Of a stretch of 64,000 nt of DNA, positions 54,101 through 64,000 are shown in pieces. The notes below the pieces were generated by a model. That model saw only the letters and a list, made by a program, of their open reading frames with translations. It was not told the origin of the DNA and made no database searches. The number at the start of each line of letters is the position of its first letter. The stretch's first letter is position 1. The DNA is from Macrostomum hystrix. Lineage: Eukaryota > Animalia > Platyhelminthes. The position numbers were made by a program, and so were the translations under genes. The DNA lies in NCBI GenBank assembly GCA_950097015.1, contig CATNEN010000024.1, positions 1 to 64,000 of the forward strand, written 5' to 3'.

Positions 54101-57100
54101 ATCCAGTCCTCTAATAAGAGAGAGGCTGTGAGAAATAACTAAGAAGCAAGAGCGATTTAAGAGAGGGTGTCAGAAAAAAAGTTTTTACTATTTTAGTAAG
54201 CATCTGCACGTTCAGATGTCAGTCACGTGACTGACTGACCTCAGCCAATTGGATTGGCTAAGTAGGGTAGAGTTATTTCTTTTATTTGAAAGCCTAGTTA
54301 GGGAACCCAGTCACGTGACCCTCTATTTAATGTGTTGCTCGCAGTTCTCGAGACGTACGCCGGGCCACGCGAGCTGGTCACCAAGCAGTGCTACAAAGGC
54401 AATAAAGTGCAAATCGAGTGCCAGCCGCCTGTGTCCACGCCGTCTGCGGAAATTGTCTTTACAGCCAATGGGGCGCCGTTGAATCCGTTGGGTGAGTGTT
54501 AATAGCATTCCGTGACGCTGATTGGTAGGAGCGATCAGCCAATAAGAGAAAGGGTGATCTCTAGAAAAGTGTAAAAAAAGTACGATAAGATTCTAATACT
54601 CGTAAAGTCCTAAAAAAATTGACAATATATTGTTATAGAAACATAGAAACTTTTGTGCATAGAAACAAATGGTTAGCCTGCCTTTTAGAATTGAAACTGG
54701 CGATGTTCTGATCTTTGTTTTTCTGTTTTAAAAACATTTGATGCCACCTATCTTTTAACAAAATGCAGCCTATTCCAACCACGTGGAAAGAGGTAATTGA
54801 CACGAATTTCGCTAATACCTAAAAACATTAAATATTGCTTCTGTGGAGTCTGTACTCGCCGCCACGTCATCAGTTCCATGATTATCGTGAAGCTTAACAA
54901 TGCGCTGCTTGGCAATACAGCCACTGTCAATCAATCGCTGCGTCATTAAAATATTCGTGTCCCCGAAGCTTTCATTGTTGTTCAGCATGCTGCTGTCGAG
55001 TTCGAGAGCATTGTCAGAATCACGAGACAGGGCGTGGGAAATCTAATAAGAACCACGATTGATAAGAAAGTTTAAGAAATTAATTAAAAAGAGAGGGTGT
55101 GAGAACTTAAGTAAGAAGCGAGAACGATAAGAGAGAGGGTGTGAAAAGTTTATTAAGAAGCGAGAGTGATAAGAGATAGGGTGTGAGAAATAAATTAAGA
55201 AGCGAGAGTGATATGAGATAGGGTGTGAGAAATGAATTAAGAAACGAGAGTGATATGAGATAGGGTGTGAGAAATAAATTAAGAAGCGAGAGTGATATGA
55301 GATAGGGTGTGAGAAATAAATTAAGAAGCGAGAGTGATATGAGATAGGGTGTGAGAAATGAATTAAGAAACGAGAGTGATAAGAGATAGGGTGTGAGAAA
55401 TAAATTAAGAAGCGAGAGTGATAAGAGATAGGGTGTGAGAAATAAATTAAGAAGCGAGAGTGATATGAGATAGGGTGTGAGAAATAAATTAAGAAGCGAG
55501 AGTGATAAGAGATAGGGTGTGAGAAATAAATTAAGAAGCGAGAGTGATAAGAGATAGGGTGTGAGAAATAAATTAAGAAGCGAGAGTCATATGAGATAGG
55601 GTGTGAGAAATGAATTAAGAAGCGAGAGTGATAAGAGATAGGGTGTGAGAAATGAATTAAGAAGCGAGAGTGATAAGAGATAGGGTGTGAGAAATGAATT
55701 AAGAAGCGAGAGTGATAAGAGATAGGGTGTGAGAAATGAGTTCAAAACTAGGATAGAGATATAGTGTATGTGAATTTTCAATTAAATATTTACTTTTTTT
55801 TGGTTCTTTAAAATCACAATCTGATGTTCACAAAGACTTATTAGAAAAATTAAGGAAAACAATTGTTATTGTCAACGCGACATTTTTTGACCAATACTTC
55901 TTGAGTGTATGTACTTTCTCAATGTTTGTGTGCTTATGTTGTTTATGTGAAGTACTATTTATCGGCCTTCTTTGAACCAATCGTCCATCTTATTAGCTTT
56001 TTTAAATTTCTTATCATTTCAATAGATAAATGATTAAATTAGTTTGAAACAAATGTTTAATATGGAACATTGTAATGTTATTTTACACGTCGGTCATTAA
56101 TTGTTAATCAAAACCTAGCAAAATGACCATTATAGACAGTGAATGACTTAGTACTCGTAGATTAGAAAAGCTATTTATAGTAAAAATATTTACTATGCTT
56201 TATCATCTACTCGAGATGCTATGTAGTTTCAATCTGAACTGTTAATTCAAAATCTACCAACTCATTTAGCTCTTTGAATTAGCTAATTAATTGCCAAAAA
56301 ATAAAGAAATTGAATATTTTGCGACCAAATTTTAATTAGGTCGATATTATTGTACAAATAAGTGTCTCGTTTACAAAGAGAAACTGTTCTTTAGGTTGAA
56401 AACAGTATTCTTTAACAAATTAGAACATTATGAAAGTGAGATAATATGAATTTTATCATTTTTTGTATTACGTTTTTGCAAAAGGAAAACACTTTATATA
56501 GAAAATGTTAAGCTGTGTTCAAACTGAGCTAATCTCCTACAATCAACACTGCTCAGAAGACCGCCCTGTTGCTTCAACCTCTCCCACAATGAGCACTGCT
56601 CAGAAGGCCGCCCCTGATGCTTCAACCTCTCCCACAATGAGCACTGCTCAGAAGGCCGCCCCTGATGCTTCAACCTCTCCCACAATGAGCACTGCTCAGA
56701 AGGCCGCCCCTGATGCTTCAACCTCTCCCACAATGAGCACTGCTCAGAAGGCTGCCCCGTTGCTTCAACCTCTCCCACAATGAGCACTGCTCAGAAGGCC
56801 GCCCCTGATGCTTCAACCTCTCCCACAATGAGCACTGCTCAGAAGACTGCCCTGATGCTTCAACCTCTCCCACAATGAGCACTGCTCAGAAGGCTGCCCC
56901 GTTGCTTCAACCTCTCCCACAATGAGCACTGCTCAGAAGGCCGCCCCTGATGCTTCAACCTCTCCCACAATGAGCACTGCTCAGAAGGCCGCCCCTGATG
57001 CTTCAACCTCTCGCACAGGTCGGTTCAGATCCGTCCAGTTGGCAGACGGCGTGTTCGCCCTGGTGATCATGAAGGTGCTGTCAGATGATGGTGACAAAGT

Positions 57101-60100
57101 CTACGGCTGCAATGCCACAAATCCTATCACCAGACAGACTGTGGAATCTCCCGTGAGAACACTGCTCAAGGTGCAGCGTAAGTTAAAAGCTTTATTTTTT
57201 AAATGTTTTTTTCAGTTTAGTTTACTTTTAAAGCACTTTTCCTTTGGCTCATGGGTTGCCCGCAACACAGCTTTGAGTATCATTTTTTGCAAAAGCTTGC
57301 GAAAATTTCCATGCAAAATAGCGGGATCTAAAGAGTCCACTTGGTTTAAATTCCTTTTAATTGTCTTGCATGGTGACGCTGGCATGTAAATGTTGCGACA
57401 GGATTCAAACGTCATCGGTGACACTTTGACACTTTGCATGCTCGAAAGCATTTTTTGTTTATTTGATTGTTTGTTTTAACCTTTTGTCAAGCCTTGTTGG
57501 CTTTGTTTTGTAGTTAATTTCAAATCACACCGGCTAAAAGATGCACTTTTAGCCAAAGCCTTGCCCCTACATAGCCAAGTATGTGCATATCCTACTTTAA
57601 GTAGTTTAAGAAATGCTATAATAATTATTTTTCGTTTATTCTGTTAAAACACTATTATGCACACGGTTAATACACTAAGAGTTCAAGTGCTCCTCATAAG
57701 AACATGCTTAAAACCCCATTAGAATTACAAGGGCTAGTACCCTTTTGCAAATCCTGTTTGTTTGCAGCAGCATCAACAATGCCTAATCACAATGTTCTAA
57801 TATATTATTTTGTTTCGTTTAAAATTCTCTCAGCTCGCTGAAATTCGCAGTAACAAGCGGACAGTTATGGCCAATGCTATTTATTTGTAGTCTAAAATTC
57901 CGTTGAGTTTAAACAATAAATAATGCAGAACTGCTCTACCAAATACCAATTTGACCGCCTTGAAATCCCTTCCTATTGCGCAATGCGGCGTTTGCAGAGC
58001 CATTGCTAGAACCCAACGGCGCGCCATTTCAAGGTAAAACTGAGTCTGTTATAGCGCAGCCTTTGCCTCGCAATCACAAAATTCACAGATACAGTCAGCC
58101 ACACACACAACTAGAATTTTGTTGCGATGCCATTTCTCTACTACGAGCGTATATCTATATTATTTATCTTTCTACGTCATTGCATATATTCTGTCTGCCC
58201 AATATATGTAATTTCAGCAAAAGTCAGGTGGTTGTGGTAGTGAGGTGACTGCGGGTGTGAGGTGGCTGCGGGAGTGAGGTGGCTGCGGGAGTGAGGTGGC
58301 TGCGGGAGTGAGGTGGTTGTGGTAGTGCGGTGGCTGCGGGTGTGAGGTGGTTTTGGTAGTGAGGTGGCTGCGGGAGTGAGGTGGTTGTGGTAGTGAGGTG
58401 GCTGCGGGTGTGAGGTTGCTGTGGGAGTGAGGTGGTTCAGGGAGTGAGGTGGCTGTGGGTGTGAGGTAGCTGTGGGAGTGAGGTGGTTGAGGGAGTGAGG
58501 TTGTTGAGGGAGTGAGGTGGCTGTGGGAGTAAGGTGGCTGTGGGTGTGAGGTGGCCGTGGGTGTGAGGTAGCTGTGGGAGTGAGGTGGTTGAGGGAGTGA
58601 GGTGGCTGTGGGTGTGAGATGGCTGTGGAAGTGAGGTGGTTGAGGGAGTGAGGTGGCTGTGGTAGTAAGGTGGTTGAGGGAGTAAGGTGGTTCAGGGAGT
58701 GAGGTAGCTGTGGGAGTGAGGTGGTTGAGGGAGTGAGGTGGTTGAGGGAGTGAGGTGGCTGTGGGAGTAAGGTGGCTGTGGGTGTGAGGTGGCCGTGGGT
58801 GTGAGGTAGCTGTGGGAGTGAGGTGGTTGAGGGAGTGAGGTGGCTGTGGTAGTAAGGTGGTTGAGGGAGTAAGGTGATTGAGGGAGTGAGGTGGCTGTCG
58901 AAGTGAGGTGGTTTTTGGGGAGTTGCGTGGTCCGAACATTAAGGTTGATATGGCCATTAAAACTGTTAACAAAAATTGCTAAATAAATTTATTCAGCTTC
59001 ACAATGCCCGATGTTTGTAGCTCTTTTGCCACTAATGGCCTCTGTCAATGTTGTACTTTTCTATAGAGCAGTATACAACCATGCATACAACCAACTCGCT
59101 TCGCTTTTGATACTTTTGAATTTTACGATCGGATTTGTACACTACTGAATAGCGGAAGATACTGAAGTATTTTACATTTTCGTACAAAATGAACACTTTA
59201 GCACTAAACTTTCCTTATGCACACCTTTGCCTATATTTACTTTGTGCATTTGTCTATCGCAGCTATCTGTTGCTAAGATATTTCGTGAACCCTACTCAGT
59301 GGGACAGTAGTAATTTGTGATGAGATATGGTTGGCATAGAACTCGCCTTATACTCGCTTTGGCTGCGGAAGTGATGGGGCTGCGGGAGTGAGGTGGCTGC
59401 GGGAGTGAGGTGGCTGCGGGTGTGAGGTGGCTGCGGGGGTGTGGTGGCTTAGGGAGTGAGGTGGCTGCGGGAGTGGGGTCCCTAGAACAGCGTTGTGAAG
59501 CGTTGTGACTGTGGAAGTAAGTTGTCTGCGGTGTAGTGAGTGAGGTGAGAGGGCTTGGTTTTGTGTGCGCAGTAATATTATATTGGTTTACTTTTGGAGT
59601 TAGGTAAAAGTAAATCCTTGTCTAATTAATGTAACAAAACTAACTCCGAAGCCTAACTGAGTGTGAGCTATTAAAATATCGTACCCTTGTATCCTGTGAT
59701 CCTCTGATCCGCAGCACGAATCAACCTTTCTCCTTTTGTCATTCGAGAGTTGAGAGTCGAGTTTCTCGCCTCGCTATTGCGGCCATCGCGGCAACCAGCC
59801 AGCCTGTTGGTAGCTTTGAAACCCCCCGAATCACCCGCAGATGCCGTCTCACCCTTTCCGCCGAAAGTGGTATCGCCTCCGAAACCGACGGAGCTGACGG
59901 TCACGGAGGGCGACAACGTGACTTACACTTGCATCACAGAGTCGTCACCAATTGCGGAGGTCTCCTACCTTCGCGACGAAGGGCGTCGGGCACTGCCGCC
60001 AACGGCCGCTGAGTCTCGCGACTTCGGGATACTGCAGTTCTCTGGCATCCGTCAGGAGGACCAGGGTGCCTACATGTGCCGGGTCTCCTACAGACGCGAT

Positions 60101-63100
60101 TTAACTGCGTCCAGCCACATCCGGGACGAAAAGAAGCTGGCGAGGTTCAACATCGCGGTGACAAGTGAGTGCCTGACAGACACTTCCCGTGGACACAAAC
60201 CATTGTATGCCTGTCCTCACGTCCAGACTGCACAACGGGCCTCTCGCGTCAAAGTCCCTGAAGCTCGATTTCATAGCGAGGCCACATTCATTTAGGGGGC
60301 AGCCGCGGGGAGAGGTTTTTGAGGCCAACCTCAAAGGCGCAGTGAGATCGTACACTGCCTGACGATGAGAAAGTGTGGGCAGATGTATAGACCTGTGTGA
60401 GTGTGTGCTCAGGAGTCAGCGAAATGGGCAGAATTGACTCCTCGCTGGCTGCGGTTAGGCTGTCACCAAATGATGTACCACTTCCCACAGCCATTCAGTA
60501 GTGGTTGTAGCCAAGTGAAGTCTGACTAGCGACTAAAAGGTCGAGGGTTCGATCCGCGACTCCAATGTGTTGTGTACTTTAGTAAGACGATTAACTCTGT
60601 ATTAGTTCAGTTCACCCAGCTGTTAAATGGGTGCCAACATTAGCTGGGGTAATTGAGGGCGGGGTGTGGCTGACCTTGGGCTGAACTGCGTTACGCAGCC
60701 TTCTGCAGCGGCTGTGCTATCGGCTGCACATATGGCCCGATTGGGCCAGATTATAATAATTAATAATCATTATAATTAATCCACAGCCCTTCCTACAGAT
60801 GTCATGATTAATCTATAAACAAGGGCCAAACACTGATAACTATCTGCAGTCGCTTTGTTCTCAAGTGTGGCTTCTTTCTTTTGCCTTCCCTCGCGTAAAA
60901 ATGATGCACAATTCTACCTGCCTTCACAGAGCGCCTAAAAATAGCCAGCCAGCCAGAAGATGTCATCCTGGGTGAGCCAGACGCTACGGCAAGCTTCAAC
61001 TGCAGCCTGGAGGGCGGCAGCACCGGAGCCGATCGAACGCCTCTCTGGTTCGTCAACGGCCGGCCGATCGACGCAAACGACCCAACAAGCGGCTTCGTCA
61101 TCGAGGAGCTGGGCTCGGGAGCGTCTCGGCTCATTGTGGCGCGCTTCGATTCAAGCCAGCGCGGCGTTATCCAGTGCGTCGCCAACGACAGGGAGCGCCG
61201 TGTCTGGGCGAGCGCACAGGCTGTGCTGCTGATGCGCGGCGAGTCCGTACAGTCGCAACCGTTGCCAGGTGAGCTCTGGGCCATTGTCATGAACGTCTTT
61301 ACTAGTATGAAAGCATCACAGAACCGCAGCAAACGAGCAGACAACTCTTCCCATTTAGCTGACCCCTGAGCACACACGCACACAGGGGTGTACATCTGCC
61401 CTAGCTTTTTCATCGTCAGGCAGTGTACACTGTCACTGTGCCCTGGGGATTGGTTTCTCAAGGACGATCATTTCACGACATGCTCTCTAAAGCCCAATTG
61501 AATCTATCAACAGCTGCGTCCCAAACGAATGTGTCCTCGCCGGGGATTAGAGCTCATGATATCCTAGAAGTATGTTAATGGGAAACTAAGGCATCATCCG
61601 TACTTACCTGTGCACCGGCAGAAACTCCAACCGAGGCGCCAACAACGATAGCAGTTTCAACAACTCGACCGGCCATCACCGAGGCAAACACCAGTGTTTC
61701 CTATCGGGTGCTAAAGTACACAGATTCCTTCGTGCAGATCACCTGCGGCTCCAGGTATTCTTCTCCGCAGCTGTACTATTGGCGCTTCTTCAAAGACAAT
61801 CAGCCGGTGGACCTGAAATCCGAAGAGTATCCGCCGCCCTACATGCAATTCAGCGACGTTCTCAGCCTGGTCATGGCCAGCCAGAGGTCCCTAGCTCGAT
61901 TTTACCAAGGAGTCTACATCTGCCGAACCTACGACCAGGCGACCGGCCGGCTTGTGTGGAATGAAGTTACCCACCTGAGTTTTGGTGAGTCAGATGTTGC
62001 TTCACTACTGTGTCGTGTTTCTAAGCCTTAAAACTGAAAATGGATTTTTTTGCTTCTTTATCTCTGAATATTACACATTCAATTTTTCGGCATTAAATGC
62101 TCTACTCACAAGACTGAACTCAATAGTTTGACTACAAACTGCGCTCATATAAACCACACAGAGCCGAGTCCGACAGAAAAGAAAATCGAAGCGACCTCTC
62201 CGGGCACGTCGACTGCTGAAGACTCCAGACCGACTGAGGCGCCGCCGGCCGTCGCTGGCGAAGGAGCCTCAGGTGCGTCCTCTGGCGGTCCAGGTCAAGA
62301 AGTCATCGATGTTGGAGAGCCGATCGGTGTGTGGCAAAATATTCTCCAAGCCTTTTCTCAATTGAAACCAACAGTAATGTGTTTGGTCCCCGTTGCCTTT
62401 GTGTCACATTCTTACATTTCTACTTTTAGTACAGTATAATGTATATTTTCCCGCCCCGCCCCCATCTATTCCTCTGTCAAAAGTGAAATTAGCACCGGAT
62501 CGATATTTTCCGTTTTCCAAACCCCCTTTTCGCCAGCCAATCAGCGCTCTTTCCAACCCCTCACCCTCCCAGCTCCTTGAGGCGCTCTAGTTATTGCACA
62601 CCCCTTTTCTAAATAAAGTTTTTCTACTGGCTTTTCTTTAACTTTTTGGCCTCAGTCAACTGCTAGAAGTTCCGGCTGGTGTTGCAAGCTTGTCAGAGAC
62701 TTTTCTCACCAATTTTTTCCTTAAGTAATATACGAGTTAATATCGTAGTTAATCTCATATTAAATCAATACAGATATTTACGATTTGACCTAGTCTTGTT
62801 CGGAACCGATGATATCTTTACTGCTCTTAGTTTTTGGGCGTTTTTTGAGAGTCCATTGGTTAGAGCTTCGAACTGCCAATCAAGAGGTTAGGAGTTCGAA
62901 TCTCAGCCCAAGGGAAACTAAACTAAGCCGTCCGACATCAGCATAGTCGAATTATTCAGCGATCCTTGGCACAAAGACCCTGGTGACAAGGACAACTAAC
63001 ACTTCTCTGTATTAGAGACTCTATTTTAGAGTCTTCTCTAAAATAAAGGGAAGGTTTAAAAAATTATGTACTATTATTTCCTTCGCAGTTGTGTCAGCGC

Positions 63101-63988
63101 CAGAAGTCACCTTAGCTGAAGGCCCGCTGGCGCTGAACATCAGCTGGACGGTGTCTCCGCCGGGTGCGGCGTTTCGCATTCGCCGCTTTCGCGTCCAGCA
63201 GCACGAACTGGCGCCGGAGCCGAAGCGAAAACGCCGACTAGCAGAGAGCTCAGAAGCTGCGGCGGCCTCCGCCTCCACTCACGCCGAGGCCGGTCTGCCA
63301 ACAACCCTGGAGGAGGTGTCCGCCTCCGTTCAGTCGATTCTGTGGTCCGGCGTCAAGCCTCGCCGAGTCTATCAGTTTCGCGTCGCCTTCGACATCATCG
63401 GCAGCGCATCGGCCAGCGGAGACGACGGTGTCAGCCCCTGGAGCCGGCCAGTCAGCTTCGCCCACGTTGTCGGCCCGGCGCCGCGCATCACAAGCGTGCC
63501 GCGTCATTCACGAGAGCCGCTCACCTGGACCTACATTGGGGACGCTGGCGCCACCGGCTTTGTGGTCTGGGTGCGGAACCTGTCGGTGCCACAGCCGCAT
63601 CGGCGCTACATCAAGTACTGGGTGGCCAACGGTTCGGCGAGGCAGTTTTTCTTCTACGATTTGGCCGCAGGTCCGAGCTACGAGCTGAGCCTGTTCGCCC
63701 GGCTGGCTGGCGTTCAGAGATCGCCTGACAGTCGCATCGAGTCGTTCAAGTTGGCTGGAGATGCCGACAATGGCGCCGGCGGTCGACAGTCGGACAGGCG
63801 AGGCGACCGCACTCGGGTGGACGGCGTCGGCGACAAGGAGGATTCATCATTGCCATCACCGCCACTGCTGATCCTGCTGGTGCTGGCCGGAGCCATCGGG
63901 CTGCTGCTGCTGGCCGTCGGGTTTGTCTTCCTCGGACTCTGCCTGCGTAGGCTGAGACGCGATCGGAAGCTGCGGGCTCGCCTAACCA
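51035..63988 (+). CDS. ihog: Ihog/CDON/BOC-family Ig-FN3 type I membrane protein (SP-5xIg-2xFN3-TM), spliced gene, 3'-incomplete. Exons: 51035-51104, 53509-53823, 54345-54491, 57019-57177, 59814-60164, 60930-61268, 61622-61984, 62162-62272, 63089-63988
   Basis: Nine exons with AG/GT boundaries join into one open frame of ~918 codons with no frameshift, and every intron is phase 1. Family-like segments (references from memory): AVISAPFRVEVAVLETY...ECQPPVSTPSAEIVF vs CDON AIVSGPATVSVAVLGDF...CRVPESNPKAEVRY; YGCNATNPITRQ vs CDON/BOC CAAYNPVT; FN3-2 TGFVVWVR...YIK...ARQF...YELSL vs Ihog Fn2 TGYYAYYR...YFK...ARSF...YEFKL. Followed by a hydrophobic TM (LLILLVLAGAIGLLLLAVGFVFLGLCL) and a basic stop-transfer. 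Confidence 0.75.
51727..53312. repeat. 18 bp minisatellite (GATCAGGATTATGATTGA/G), ~88 copies, in intron 1 of the Ihog-like gene
   Basis: Tandem repetition, with an interspersed GGGTTTAGGAGTTAGG variant. Confidence 0.98.
53509..53823 (+). CDS. ihog: Exon 2: Ig-like domain 1 (MPEFESLPPRLTYTRPGVPVSLACRAP...AVISAPFRVEVA)
   Basis: ttctccAG acceptor, g|GTGAGT donor, 315 nt in frame, GC-rich codon usage. Confidence 0.85.
54009..54319. promoter_or_regulatory. Three GTCACGTGAC palindromes with opposed CCAAT boxes, intron 2 of the Ihog-like gene
   Basis: GTCACGTGAC at 54013, 54222 and 54310. 54218-54235 is a perfect 18 bp palindrome. Confidence 0.3.
54345..54491 (+). CDS. ihog: Exon 3: N-half of Ig2 (VLETYAGPRELVTKQCYKGNKVQIECQPPVSTPSAEIVFTANGAPLNPL)
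   Basis: ttgctcgcAG acceptor, g|GTGAGT donor, 147 nt. B-strand Cys with the C.PP.S.P.A.I motif. Confidence 0.85.
55120..55737. repeat. 42 bp minisatellite (GAGATAGGGTGTGAGAAATAAATTAAGAAGCGAGAGTGATAA), ~15 copies
   Basis: Tandem repetition. A lone diverged copy lies near 54115-54180. Confidence 0.97.
56545..57018. repeat. 47-48 bp minisatellite (CTTCAACCTCTCCCACAATGAGCACTGCTCAGAAGGCCGCCCCTGATG), ~10 copies, abutting the exon 4 acceptor
   Basis: Tandem repetition; the last partial unit forms the 3' splice site. Confidence 0.96.
57019..57177 (+). CDS. ihog: Exon 4: C-half of Ig2 (GRFRSVQLADGVFALVIMKVLSDDGDKVYGCNATNPITRQTVESPVRTLLKVQ)
   Basis: ctctcgcacAG acceptor, c|GTAAGT donor, 159 nt. Contains the YxC F-strand. 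Confidence 0.85.
58225..58915. repeat. G-rich ~17-19 bp minisatellite (GGGAGTGAGGTGGCTGC), ~38 copies
   Basis: Tandem repetition with variants. Confidence 0.96.
59370..59475. repeat. Short array of the same 17 bp G-rich unit, ~6 copies
   Basis: GGGAGTGAGGTGGCTGC tandem. Confidence 0.92.
59814..60164 (+). CDS. ihog: Exon 5: Ig3 (PPKVVSPPKPTELTVTEGDNVTYTC...EDQGAYMC...RFNIAVT)
   Basis: Canonical I-set motifs (EGDNVTYTC, DQGAYMC) and a|GTGAGT donor. The acceptor is either tAG at 59813 or cAG at 59840; both keep the frame. Confidence 0.85.
60215..60495 (+). mobile_element. SINE family 1 copy (diverged head)
   Basis: Colinear with 45240-45545, e.g. GCGAGGCCACATT, GTACACTGCCTGACGATGAGAAAGT, GTGCTCAGGAGTCAGCGAAATGGGCAG. 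Confidence 0.75.
60497..60690 (+). mobile_element. SINE family 2 copy directly following the family 1 copy
   Basis: B-box GGGTTCGATCC and TTCACCCAGCTGTTAAATGGGTGCCAACATTAGCTGGGG, matching the 40.0 kb copy. Confidence 0.7.
60930..61268 (+). CDS. ihog: Exon 6: Ig4 (KRLKIASQPEDV...ASFNC...PLWFVNGRPI...RGVIQCVAND...SAQAVL)
   Basis: ccttcacAG acceptor, g|GTGAGC donor, 339 nt. Has the Cys-Trp-Cys Ig core. The ORF track misses this frame. Confidence 0.88.
61300..61470 (-). mobile_element. SINE family 1 internal fragment, reverse orientation
   Basis: The reverse complement contains GTGTACACTGCCTGACGATGAAAAAGCTAGGGCAGATGTACAC...GTGCTCAGGGGTCAGCTAAATGGG. Confidence 0.7.
61622..61984 (+). CDS. ihog: Exon 7: Thr-rich linker plus Ig5 (VQITC...YWRFFKDNQP...FYQGVYICRT)
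   Basis: caccggcAG acceptor, g|GTGAGT donor, 363 nt. Has the Ig Cys-Trp-Cys core. Confidence 0.85.
62162..62272 (+). CDS. ihog: Exon 8: S/T/P/E-rich linker (EPSPTEKKIEATSPGTSTAEDSRPTEAPPAVAGEGAS)
   Basis: ccacacAG acceptor, g|GTGCGT donor, 111 nt, keeps the frame. Confidence 0.7.
62853..62915 (+). mobile_element. tRNA-like SINE head fragment
   Basis: CCATTGGTTAGAGC (A-box-like) and GGAGTTCGAATCTC (B-box). No complete cloverleaf. Confidence 0.5.
63089..63988 (+). CDS. ihog: Exon 9: two FN3 domains, juxtamembrane linker and transmembrane helix
   Basis: ttccttcgcAG acceptor, 900 nt open. FN3 motifs (LNISW, VKPRRVYQFRV, LTW, PSYELSL), a TM segment, and a|GTAAGT donor at 63989. Confidence 0.88.
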
Positions 63989-64000
63989 GTAAGTGACCCC

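Noticed and set aside
40110-62915. tRNA genes at the A/B-box sites (40.1, 43.56, 45.2, 60.5, 62.86 kb)
   Set aside because: No complete cloverleaf can be drawn, and most continue into shared SINE bodies.
51035-63988. NCAM/Fasciclin II assignment based on the 5 Ig + 2 FN3 count
   Set aside because: The recalled sequence motifs at the Ig1/Ig2 junction, the Ig2 F-G strands and both FN3 domains fit Ihog/CDON/BOC better. A phylogeny is still needed.
63989-63996. Stop codon ending the 301 aa ORF (..LTSK*)
   Set aside because: a|GTAAGT at 63989 is a consensus phase-1 donor like all the other introns, so the cytoplasmic tail most likely continues beyond the window.

Overview
This is eukaryotic (animal) genomic DNA with GT-AG introns. 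It has no prokaryotic operons, rRNA, true tRNA genes or CRISPR arrays. About one third of the window (~21 kb by my tally) is mini/microsatellite, in roughly 25 arrays with 4-72 bp units. Almost all long ORFs in the supplied track are stop-free artefacts of these arrays. The style (minisatellite-dense introns, CAG/CTG runs) is compatible with a flatworm such as Macrostomum, but that is inference only. Two spliced plus-strand genes can be reconstructed. (1) At ~51.0-64.0 kb, a clean 9-exon gene with all introns in phase 1 encodes a type I membrane protein: signal peptide, 5 Ig, 2 FN3, TM. Its sequence hallmarks match the Ihog/Boi/CDON/BOC Hedgehog co-receptor family, and it runs off the right edge. 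A second signal-peptide exon at 34.6 kb can splice to it in frame. (2) At ~4.7-11.0 kb, a multi-IQ-motif protein (neurogranin/GAP-43/SPA17-like IQ) has His/Gln/acidic spacers. Its exons carry several 1-nt indels, so this is either an assembly error or a decaying copy. Also present are two tRNA-derived SINE families, an orphan hAT-like terminus, and clusters of RFX X-box-, MEF2- and GTCACGTGAC-type motifs. Reference sequences quoted for comparison are recalled from memory and need alignment to confirm.
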